Positions 16,336 to 24,470 of a stretch of 24,470 nucleotides of DNA are shown in pieces; the stretch's first letter is position 1, and the number at the start of each line of letters is the position of its first letter. Where the stretch lies: IMG/VR virus record IMGVR_UViG_2909272501_000001; one strand, written 5' to 3'. Position numbers and translations under genes: made by a program. The notes under the pieces were generated by a model. The model had not been told where the DNA came from. It saw only the letters and a program-made list of their open reading frames with translations, and made no database searches. The DNA comes from a virus. Lineage: Duplodnaviria; Heunggongvirae; Uroviricota; Caudoviricetes.

Positions 16336-17367
16336 TTACGCAGCAGATCCGAAGATGATAGCTTGCGGAATGTTGTTTACTGGCAGATAAGATGTCTCAG
16401 TAACCACAGATGGGAATTGGAATTCATCCTTGATTAGATATTGGTGATGTAACACGGCATCTTGACCTAACTCAGCATGACGCACACCAACGCCGCTATG
16501 AAGCTGATAGCACTGTGCCGCTTTATCCATTACTGGAACAATTGCGAAACCGTTCTCTCCGATGTGAGCAACAATCTCAGGAAACATTGACACATCAATA
16601 ACAGTGATCCCACCAATCTGGAAAGAGTCATAGGCTGGGTTAGAATCAACCATACGGGTAAACAGGGCCGTAGCACTCGCATCACCTGCATATTTCACCA
16701 TGTCACTGATCAGCGGGTTAGATGACAAACCATCAGCAGCAGCGCCAGCAGCAAAGATAATTACACCAGTTCGCTTTGCAGCAAGACCAGACCCCAGCTT
16801 TTCACTCTGTAAGCGCACCGCTTTACGAATAGCAAGGAACGGGTTAACAGTAGTCGATGCAAAGTCGATAGCGGGTACCGTGGTTTTAGCCTGACCGTCG
16901 AGGAAGTCGAGATCACCTTGTCCGGCATATTCAGATTCAACTTTCAGGCCCAGCAGCGCGGTAATCAGATCCACTTCAACACGGTTTGCGTGTGAACGGT
17001 AATGTGCCTCAGAGAAATCATTAACCGCTACCAGCATAGCATCAGAACGGTTTGGATATTGGCGGCTGTATTGTTCCAGGTCACGAGAAGTAACAGCGTT
17101 AATACTGCCGACGTGTTTCATCTGGAAAAGTTTGTTTGACCATTCCTGACGTTTAGAGGCGTTCCAGTCGCTTTGAGCGTAAGGCGAGGTTTCCCCAGCT
17201 ACCTGCACAAACTGATCAATCAGGTCGGTAAGAAGAATGCTGTTTTCTGTATGATATTGCACATCGAACAGATCGAGATTAGTAATCAGGGTATTAAGTG
17301 CATTCTCATAAGCAAATGGAGTTACTACCGCAGTATTAACGCCAAAATATGTTGATAAATCATTCAT
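16336..17367 (-). CDS. Hypothetical protein, 343 aa; major-capsid-like candidate (speculative)
   Basis: Size and position directly after a ~125-aa decoration-like gene resemble the lambda D/E arrangement. No direct sequence similarity to lambda gpE that I can confirm by eye. Confidence 0.5.
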   Translation of the reverse strand: MNDLSTYFGVNTAVVTPFAYENALNTLITNLDLFDVQYHTENSILLTDLIDQFVQVAGETSPYAQSDWNASKRQEWSNKLFQMKHVGSINAVTSRDLEQYSRQYPNRSDAMLVAVNDFSEAHYRSHANRVEVDLITALLGLKVESEYAGQGDLDFLDGQAKTTVPAIDFASTTVNPFLAIRKAVRLQSEKLGSGLAAKRTGVIIFAAGAAADGLSSNPLISDMVKYAGDASATALFTRMVDSNPAYDSFQIGGITVIDVSMFPEIVAHIGENGFAIVPVMDKAAQCYQLHSGVGVRHAELGQDAVLHHQYLIKDEFQFPSVVTETSYLPVNNIPQAIIFGSAA

Positions 17368-17381
17368 TATTATTTTCCTTG

Positions 17382-17765
17382 TTAAGTCGTAGGGATCGCA
17401 AGTTCTTCATAACCAGCAATTACAAAGCCGAGAGATTGCAGTTTTGCAATAACACTTGCCTTTTCCATACTGTTAAATTCAATCCCATCTTCAGCCAGAA
17501 TAACGAAAGTAGGATGTGCAACCACTACGCTTTCCTGTCCTTCATAAGCCGGTTCAACCACTACGTGAGCAATATCAGAAGCGGTTGTTGCTTTGGTGCC
17601 ATCGGCTTTCAGCAAAGCCCCGACAATAAGATCGTCAGTGAGAGGTGAAGCCAGTTTGACGAGGCGATCTTGCAGCACTGGATCAGCAGCGTAAGCTACT
17701 ACCTTACAGCGTGAACGGGAATTATCCGCATTCACTGCTTTTAATTTTCCATATGGGTTAGCCAT
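17382..17765 (-). CDS. Hypothetical protein, 127 aa; head-decoration-like candidate (speculative)
   Basis: Small Ala/Val-rich beta-type protein starting MANPYGKLKAVNADN..., immediately upstream of the 343-aa gene. Confidence 0.45.
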   Translation of the reverse strand: MANPYGKLKAVNADNSRSRCKVVAYAADPVLQDRLVKLASPLTDDLIVGALLKADGTKATTASDIAHVVVEPAYEGQESVVVAHPTFVILAEDGIEFNSMEKASVIAKLQSLGFVIAGYEELAIPTT

Positions 17766-17769
17766 AAGA

Positions 17770-17967
17770 TTATTTTCCTTTCAGTTGTTTAATTTTAGAT
17801 TTAAGGGCATCAGCAAGACTAACCGCATCAGCCGATTTAAATAATTGAGCAGTGGTAGAACGAAGACTTTCGGGAGTAACTCCCAACAGTGCGGCAACCT
17901 TAATGAGGTTTTCATCACTAACAATCATCGTTTCCCCGTCTTTGCTGATAATCATTTCTTGTTTCAT
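17770..17967 (-). CDS. Small hypothetical protein (65 aa from the ATG with RBS AGGAAC; track ORF extends to 18009)
   Basis: ORF with plausible RBS; first gene of the leftward structural-like block. Confidence 0.3.
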   Translation of the reverse strand: MKQEMIISKDGETMIVSDENLIKVAALLGVTPESLRSTTAQLFKSADAVSLADALKSKIKQLKGK

Positions 17968-18948
17968 AAATAACGTTCCTGTTAGTGCCAGACAAATAAA
18001 AAGCCCCAATGCCGTAAGAGGTTCTGACCAGCAAAGGGGCTTTAACGTGCGGGCAATTACATAATTGATAAGTTAAACTATAAGAGGATTAAACATATCA
18101 GCAAATACACTTTTTAAATATACTTGATGATATGCTTAAAGGGTGAATAGATACTCCTGAAAACATGCTCTTAAGAAAACATGCGGAATCAATCAGGAAT
18201 ATCTATTCGGGGCGCGGTGGCTAACCGCTATCTTTCATGGTGTGGATGCACCAGTCAGATTTTAAGGAATCACTATTCCAATCTACTCACAGATTAAATT
18301 TTTAATAAGGATTAACTACACCAACAGTAATCTACCGTTTCAGAAAATCGTTTCACAACCAAAGATTATAGATCCGCATTCTATAAAACCCGTTTTGCTA
18401 TCAATATTTCCAAAGTTTATTGCACCATTCTTAGCTAAACTCTCTCTACTTGCGGCTAACGCTATGCAGATGATAGTTTTTTGACAACAACTTAATAGAT
18501 TATTCTGTTACTAACTTCCGTCATTAAATAAGAGTTTAATGATGTTAGTAAATAGTTATAAAATATAACTATCAGTGTAAGGCTCTTTAATGTTTTCGGA
18601 CAAAATAAGGAGCTTTAGGATAAGCATAGATGAAAAATAAGAGCGGGAAGGGCAAGGAGATAACACCTACCCGCTTTTATCAAAAATTAAGCACAATGCC
18701 TAACAACATTCATCAACACAACGTAGAAACAATCAACAATCAAAGAGGGAGTTATGATTATTCTAAAACTTCTTGATAGATGGAAGGTAATATTTGTTAG
18801 AGGTTAATGCCACTCAACCTTTGAGGCTATCACCTTCCATATGCAGGGATTTATGACAGTAGAAGGATTAACACCAACTAAAATCTTTTAATCTACCCCT
18901 AAAATTATTATATAACAAAATCATCATAAATGCAAATGATTTTCATTA

Positions 18949-19251
18949 TCATTTAGAGAAAATAGCACTTTTTGCTAAATCATTTACTAATTGCTGAATC
19001 TCTTCACTTGCAGCCTTTAACGTGCTGGCGGTGTCTGTGATGGTTTGAGTGCACATCTTGGCATCTGATAGCTCTAAATCGCTCACCAGAGAGACAAAAT
19101 CTTCTAAGCATACATTGAGCTTCATTAAGCTAATAACGCATTGAGAGAGCGTATAATCGCATAAATCTGAATAGGCTTGATTTATTCTTGTTTGTAGTGA
19201 GATAGTCAGATCTAAAAGTTGTTCCATTGCATTGCTAATATCTTCTTCCAT
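18949..19251 (-). CDS. Hypothetical acidic helical protein, 100 aa
   Basis: ORF; start ATG overlaps the stop of the upstream 81-aa gene. Confidence 0.4.
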   Translation of the reverse strand: MEEDISNAMEQLLDLTISLQTRINQAYSDLCDYTLSQCVISLMKLNVCLEDFVSLVSDLELSDAKMCTQTITDTASTLKAASEEIQQLVNDLAKSAIFSK

Positions 19252-19496
19252 TATGCGTATTCTCCTTGTAATGCATCATTAATCATATTCAATACGATGT
19301 TAAAAGGTGTCTTGAGCGTCAGCACTTCATCACGGTAACGTTCTAATGCTTCGTAGTCTTCTGTTTCTTTTGCCAGCCGGATTAACTCAGCATAGTTTTT
19401 TGCATCAGACAGGAGCATCTGAAATAATTGTGTTTCTTGAATATAGCCAATCATTATTTTTCCTTTTTCGAATATTTTCATTGGGCGCTTATACAT
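19251..19496 (-). CDS. Hypothetical protein, 81 aa
   Basis: ORF in the co-oriented operon downstream of the rep-like gene. Confidence 0.4.
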   Translation of the reverse strand: MYKRPMKIFEKGKIMIGYIQETQLFQMLLSDAKNYAELIRLAKETEDYEALERYRDEVLTLKTPFNIVLNMINDALQGEYA

Positions 19497-19511
19497 ACGC
19501 CCGTCTTTCTA

Positions 19512-19892
19512 TTAGTTAGAACGTTTGTTAGATGCGAGAGTGTCGATCAGGTGCTGCATCAGATCTGTTTCTGTAACGCCGCCTACCTGATTGTTGAACG
19601 AATTGAAGCCTGTATAGTGACGAAATGAGGTAAAGCCTAACAATTGCCATTTCTTCAATGTGCCAGGTTCTATAATCGTTGTCTTTCTTGTTCTGGGTTT
19701 GAAATACACACCATCACCCATTGATTGAATAATTTCTAATTCTTCGTTTGTAAGTGGTGGGCTGTTAGATTCTAAAATGAAGACTATCTCTTCACCTGCT
19801 TCTTCATTATTCTTATAAACTTGCTTTCTTACGTCGTTGAAGGTGTTCCCTTGCTCAATACGTTTTAAGTTGTTCTTTTTCTTTCTTCCCAT
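19512..19892 (-). CDS. Hypothetical protein, 126 aa, basic N-terminus
   Basis: ORF with RBS GAGGGA; N-terminal MGRKKKNNLKR. Confidence 0.45.
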   Translation of the reverse strand: MGRKKKNNLKRIEQGNTFNDVRKQVYKNNEEAGEEIVFILESNSPPLTNEELEIIQSMGDGVYFKPRTRKTTIIEPGTLKKWQLLGFTSFRHYTGFNSFNNQVGGVTETDLMQHLIDTLASNKRSN

Positions 19893-20026
19893 TTTCCCTC
19901 TTTTTATGTGGATTATAAAAACTGAATGCCATAGTTACGATGAATATTGCTACAAATGCACTTGCCATATGTATTGCCCGATCTGTTGTTACTGATTGTT
20001 TGTGATGTTATAAATCATTTATTTCC

Positions 20027-20596
20027 TTAAAAGGGTAGTGAATCATATATTGTGCTCTCACTTTTGAGATCAATTATCAAAGAGTCAAAATCATTTTCAC
20101 AAAGATAGATATTCTTTGAATCTAATGCTCGTTTTACAAAATCTTCTGTTTCTTCGTGCGGTGGTTTCTTCTTATCAAGGGAAAGAAGCCAAGTAAAAAT
20201 TTCGGGCCGCTCAGGGAACTCTGGCTCTTGTGTTTCTTCTTCAACGATGATTTCGGAAACATTCAATATTTCATTAGATTCGTCTTCTTTCTCAGAAGGA
20301 TCAGGTAGTGATGATTCTCCTTTTGGAATATCAAGCACTCGATAAAGGTTAGAGCTTCCTGGTCGTGCATCTTTTATAATTAATCCCATTTCGAGCAATT
20401 TCTTAACCCTTTCTTCTGCTGCTCTTGGTGTTATGCCAAAAACATCGCCTATCTTAGCGTAAGAGGGAAATGCACGATCAAACCCTCTCAGATAGCAGTA
20501 AAGGTTTTTAGCACTATCTGTAAATTTATGCCCGTTTACTTGGCTTATTTTTAGAATCCACATAGGAACTTTTACAAATTGTTCTTCATTAATCAT
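20027..20596 (-). CDS. Winged-helix DNA-binding protein, 189 aa from the ATG at 20596; replication initiator / replisome-organiser-like candidate
   Basis: RBS AAGGAGA 5 nt before the ATG. Segment NLYCYLRGFDRAFPSYAKIGDVFGITPRAAEERVKKLLEMGLIIK resembles wHTH initiator N-domains. Acidic C-terminal half. Same operon as an RHH protein and downstream of the iteron cluster. Confidence 0.5.
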   Translation of the reverse strand: MINEEQFVKVPMWILKISQVNGHKFTDSAKNLYCYLRGFDRAFPSYAKIGDVFGITPRAAEERVKKLLEMGLIIKDARPGSSNLYRVLDIPKGESSLPDPSEKEDESNEILNVSEIIVEEETQEPEFPERPEIFTWLLSLDKKKPPHEETEDFVKRALDSKNIYLCENDFDSLIIDLKSESTIYDSLPF

Positions 20597-20649
20597 TAAA
20601 AATCTCCTTGATGTAATCACGCTCTACGGCGCTACTATGGTGATAAAAA

Positions 20650-20820
20650 TCACTTGCTTTTGTTTGAGAGTGTTTCAGCCTCTCTTTTCAACATATCAAG
20701 AATGTAATCTGTAACAGTGATACGTTTACTTCTGGCTTCTTTAAACAACACCTGAAATACTTCATCAGGAATATGAAAGCAAGTGCGTGGTTGCCTTTTC
20801 TTTTCTGTAGTTTCGCTCAT
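20650..20820 (-). CDS. Ribbon-helix-helix (CopG/Arc-like) DNA-binding protein, 56 aa from the internal ATG
   Basis: Strong RBS AAGGAGA before the ATG at 20820. Sequence KRQPRTCFHIPDEVFQVLFKEARSKRITVTDYILDMLK fits the RHH beta-strand-helix-helix pattern. Confidence 0.55.
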   Translation of the reverse strand: MSETTEKKRQPRTCFHIPDEVFQVLFKEARSKRITVTDYILDMLKREAETLSNKSK

Positions 20821-20839
20821 AGTTTTCTCCTTCTCTTCT

Positions 20840-21040
20840 TTACTCTGTTTCAGATTCTTTTTCAGATCCTTTTTCATTTTTTCTTAATTCATCAATAATT
20901 TTTAGTGCATCGTCAAAGCATTTTTCACGCTCTGGATAACCACAGCGTCGCGCTGTGTTCCTGTTCATCCTTACTTTAAAACGGTTGATCTCACCACGTT
21001 TCCAGGCTTCCACAATATCCTGTGGAGTGAAATATTTCAT
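20840..21040 (-). CDS. Hypothetical small protein, 66 aa
   Basis: Strong RBS AGGAGG before the ATG at 21040; first gene of the leftward operon below the iteron region. Confidence 0.45.
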   Translation of the reverse strand: MKYFTPQDIVEAWKRGEINRFKVRMNRNTARRCGYPEREKCFDDALKIIDELRKNEKGSEKESETE

Positions 21041-21883
21041 TAATTAACCTCCTATTCTATTTAGTTAAAAGAAATAGACACCTTGCAAGCCTTGGGCTTC
21101 AAAGTGCGATGCATTGGTTTAATTATTTAAAGGATAAGAATGTTTTCCTGCCCCTAATATTACTTTACCACGACTAAAGGCTTTTGTCAACCCCCCAGCC
21201 ATAAAAATATTGATCATTTTCAGTGTGTTATGATTTTTCTTAGCAATTCGTGCTCTTACGAATACTCCAATTCTTCATTATTGTCTAAAACGCTCTAAAA
21301 CGCGTTCTAACGAGGTTTTGATAAAAACAATACATTCCCTTATGTAATGGCTGTTTAGCTCGCCTACGGTTTGATTTAAGCGGTAGAAACTCATCTACTA
21401 CCTAACATCTTTAAACCATATTTTTCTTTTTTGTCTGTTTGATGGTTGATCTATAGTTATGCGTTAGCATCCCCAAAGGGGTAACGCTACCCTAATTGCA
21501 TTCGCAAGAACATTGCACAAGAAATTTATTTTAGATGATTGATGATCGTTAGATGGTAGTTAGTTAATTATCGTTCTGCGCACAGCGCAAGACTATTTAG
21601 CCTTACGCAAGCCGTAGGCTATTTGCACATAGTAGATTACATATTCGTTGTGAGCGGAAAGCGAACATAGATCTACTAACTAACATTAACAAACAAAAAC
21701 TATGTGTTATGAGAAGTATCAGTCTAACTGACTAACACTCTAACTTGTGCAAGGTTCTGGCGAATGCCAATAGATTAAGGGATAGTCGAAGACTCCCTAA
21801 CGGGTATCCCTATAATTATTCTTTAAAGATAAAAGAATTTATAAAAGATAATTTAATTGTAGTTTGATAGTTGATCTAATAGG

Positions 21884-22021
21884 TAACAAAATTCTGTAGG
21901 GGTGGCTAACAGTTTTCTGTGGGGGTGTCTAACATAATTCTGTTAGGGTTGGGGTAACAGTTTTCTGTTAGGGTGCATATTTCTTTAAAAGTTAAGGATA
22001 ACAGAATTCTGTGGGGGTAGC
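21884..22021. repeat. Iteron cluster: five ~23-bp direct repeats, consensus TAACA(n)3TTCTGT(n)GGGGT
   Basis: Copies begin at 21884, 21907, 21930, 21955 (tandem, 23-25 bp spacing) and 21999 (after an AT-rich spacer), upstream of the operon containing the RHH and wHTH genes. Confidence 0.6.
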
Positions 22022-22854
22022 TCACAGTGACCTACCGTTACATCCATCACATAACATCTGTGCAATGATCTTCTTATAATCAGTAAAAGTCTTTCTTGCT
22101 ATCAAAAATTAAACATCTAAAACAAGCTTAAATTCAAGATTAATTGATGATTAATCCCTGTGTAATTCCATACTAAAAAATCCAAGAAAAATGGCTTCAA
22201 AATGCAATTCTTACTTTCTTCACTTTTGCGTCATCATCAGCAAAGCCTTATGTTATGCGGCATATAGCGCATCACTGCAAAATTGTTGCTCAATAAACGT
22301 TCTATCATTTGTTGAACAAGTTCTTTCACGTGTTGAAAATTTATGTTTAAATTTGCTTTCAATCTTTAATGTGCAATCACTATCAACATAAAAATAAAAA
22401 ATCTTCTATTATATTTCATAGCATACAAAAGTCAATAGAAGCCCTCTCGTGCTCCTACGTAAAAAATCCACCATTTTTCCCCTGATACATCAACTCAAGG
22501 CGTTCTATGTGTTCCTTAGTGCATATTACGATTATTATGTTAAATGTATTTTGGCCTATATTTTGACCTGCACCCGCATAAACACTGGTTTCATCGCTTA
22601 CAGCCCTTGTGAGACGTGGTGCTGTTTCTAGCATCTGATCCGACATAAAACCGATCATTCTCGTGTTTAGTGAAAGTTTAGTGAGAGACATTACAGAAAG
22701 GCTTTCTGTGTAATGATTTAATAGGTAAAAACGATGTTGATTACGCAAGAAAATTCCTTGCTGATATTTGGGGATTCTGGATTTTCCAGATCGGGGGGCG
22801 CTGAAAATCGCGTTAAGCACCTCTCGCAATCTAGCCATAAGGGAGGGGATTCAT

Positions 22855-22929
22855 ATGTATTTAGATGTATTTATAGCTATTTATGGCTATTTATTTTTTA
22901 TTTACCTTTATTTGAAAACAACCTTATAA
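22855..22929 (+). CDS. Candidate 24-aa hydrophobic peptide MYLDVFIAIYGYLFFIYLYLKTTL
   Basis: ATG 5 nt after a strong SD (AAGGGAGGGG). Very short, so a coding call is tentative. Confidence 0.25.
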   Translation: MYLDVFIAIYGYLFFIYLYLKTTL

Positions 22930-23146
22930 ATCAATAAGATACAGAACAACCTGTTTATATTTTAATCACTTAAATTACGTTTAATACCCTTAAATCACCT
23001 GAAAATAACCTTAAATACCCCAATAATTAATTTTAACGATTCCTGTGCTCTCTTCTACATTGCAAAAAGGCAAAAAAAGCCCATAGAGGCACAAAAATAT
23101 TAAAACCAATAACTCAATAATGCCTCTACAAGAGCTTCTCTAACTG

Positions 23147-23698
23147 TTATTTTTGATTGAGCTTACATCGATCCCATTGTTCTGTCGTTCTTGTGATACG
23201 ATCGCTTATTGCAAAATTTAATAGCCAAGAATCATAAGCATAAACCTTGCTTTTATCATCTGCCATCATAAACTTGCCGTTAGCATTCAGTTTTGGCGAT
23301 ATCAAATATGTTCCATTTAATCTGTTAGCCTTGAAGCTATCTGCATATAAAGTTACTTGTGCGTATCCCTGAACACGTAATGCCCCTAAACGTCCGTTTT
23401 CGATTGATGCAATAGAGTATTGGCAAAGATAATTTTTGGCAGCAGGAGTCGTTTTCACTCCTTCAGTTTTTCGTGAATTATTTGATTGCGAGCTTCGAAT
23501 AGAGGATGAAGGATAAGAGTATGAATGATTTTTATAAGATGAAGGGGCATAAGAGCCAATCCGGCACGTCTTACCAACAGCTATACACGAGTTACCACAA
23601 GGTATTCCTTTTTTGCAGTTTTTAGCAACTGCGGTAGAAGTTCCCCCTACAAACAACGTTGTAAAAATCATCATCCTCACAAATGCAGACCTGCGCAT
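23147..23698 (-). CDS. Secreted Cys-rich protein, 183 aa
   Basis: N-terminal signal-peptide-like segment (MRRSAFVRMMIFTTLFVGGTSTAVA), then a 4-Cys cluster (CKKGIPCGNSCIAVGKTC), a Ser/Tyr-rich linker and a C-terminal domain. Confidence 0.55.
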   Translation of the reverse strand: MRRSAFVRMMIFTTLFVGGTSTAVAKNCKKGIPCGNSCIAVGKTCRIGSYAPSSYKNHSYSYPSSSIRSSQSNNSRKTEGVKTTPAAKNYLCQYSIASIENGRLGALRVQGYAQVTLYADSFKANRLNGTYLISPKLNANGKFMMADDKSKVYAYDSWLLNFAISDRITRTTEQWDRCKLNQK

Positions 23699-24092
23699 AT
23701 AACCTCCCTTTTTAGATTATTCTTATGCTATACACTTGCTTAAAAAAATAAAAGTGCCCTCTAACCTTTATCGTTCTCCATCACAATTTGAGAAGTAAGA
23801 GCAGCAACCTCAAGCGATGATCACGTTTGCGCCGATTTCAGAGAAAAAGACAGTAACTGAACTCACTATGAAGGCTAAACGTATCTTTACACTTGATGAA
23901 AACGTTCAAAAAACAACCTAACCCCAAAATTCAACAAATAACAACATATTGTTTTTAAAAGAAAATTAAATCTACATCAAATATTGGTTGACGTAGATTG
24001 AGGTGAATAGTAGACTATTAGGGTAAATTGCCATTCTTGCAACATCATTTAATGCATGTTCTAATCCTCCTATCCCAAAACCGGAGGAAGTT

Positions 24093-24251
24093 ATGCATTT
24101 ACTTTCAAAACATCTTCACACTATTCACTTTCTCGTTATTGATGTATTCATTGTGGCTATTAGTTACCGCATTTGCATCGCTTCCAGTGAAGAGATGGAC
24201 GCTGTTGCAATTATTGCTCAAGCAATGGCGATGTTAACTAAACGACTTTAA
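24093..24251 (+). CDS. Candidate small protein, 52 aa, hydrophobic N-terminal half
   Basis: ATG 5 nt after SD GGAGGAAG; below the 60-aa cut-off of the ORF track. Possible -35/-10 pair (TTGACG, 17 nt, TAGACT) at 23979-24007. Confidence 0.3.
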   Translation: MHLLSKHLHTIHFLVIDVFIVAISYRICIASSEEMDAVAIIAQAMAMLTKRL

Positions 24252-24320
24252 TAATTTCACTATCAGGCGCATAAACACATCTTTGATCGCTGGATGTGTT
24301 ATGCGCCTACTGGTGATTCA

Positions 24321-24470
24321 ATCCTTAAGCCATTTCAACTCACTAAGGAGTTTTCTTTCTTCGTTCTCTCTCTGTTTACGCTCTAGCCAGGCTTTTCCTT
24401 CTGGCGTAGACAGGAACTTACGAGCGTGAATCTTGCGGTTATTACGTTTGATAGCTGCAATATTTTTCAT
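24321..24470 (-). CDS. Partial small basic ORF running off the right window edge
   Basis: Open frame ...MKNIAAIKRNNRKIHARKFLSTPEGKAWLERKQRENEERKLLSELKWLKD with stop at 24318-24320; the true start may lie beyond the window. Confidence 0.2.

Noticed and set aside
11420-17648. Short antisense ORFs inside int and the structural-like genes (11420-11617, 12656-13035, 13385-13567, 13747-14037, 14308-14953, 15464-16078, 16700-16894, 17173-17648, 17852-18064, 19428-19628)
   Set aside because: Each lies within or antisense to a longer, better-supported ORF and lacks start-site context.
13382-18009. Gokushovirus-type (Microviridae) prophage, given gene sizes of ~613/225/343/127/79 aa
   Set aside because: No HUH rolling-circle initiator motif was found in the 343-aa protein, the element carries a tyrosine integrase, and the iteron/wHTH module is not microvirus-like.
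21645-21665. lac-operator-like sequence TTGTGAGCGGAAAGCGAACA
   Set aside because: Only a partial half-site resemblance with no dyad partner at the correct spacing; most likely coincidental.
22191-22838. ORFs 22191-22391 (+), 22449-22631 (+), 22455-22838 (-), 22734-22937 (+)
   Set aside because: AT-rich region with mutually overlapping frames, no convincing RBS and low-complexity translations; treated as non-coding pending evidence.

Overview
The window reads as three parts. (1) Bases 1-411 are the 3' end of a LysR-family regulator gene. (2) Bases ~537-11881 look like an ~11.3 kb P4-like satellite prophage, bounded by an 18-20 bp imperfect direct repeat. Its GC-rich backbone has P4-style synteny: a crr-like double repeat, a 777-aa alpha primase-helicase, a leftward operon of small overlapping genes ending in an AlpA/Vis-like gene, an ori-like cluster of six GGTGAACA octamers, then sid, delta and psu, and a cos-like site. 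Where P4 carries gop-beta-cII, between cos and int, there is instead an AT-rich cargo block: a P4-type integrase translationally coupled to a 542-aa reverse transcriptase (RT) with intact catalytic motifs and a 246-aa partner of unknown function. This RT pair is the most interesting candidate for an undescribed anti-phage system. (3) Bases ~11.9-24.5 kb are a second AT-rich element that starts with a divergent second tyrosine recombinase directly at the shared repeat. It carries a leftward block of possible virion-structural genes, a replication-like module (wHTH protein, ribbon-helix-helix protein, five ~23-bp iterons), a secreted Cys-rich protein and several small ORFs. All assignments come from reading the sequence and from recalled family features; no database search was run, and recalled P4 protein lengths and the P2/P4 cos sequence are from memory.
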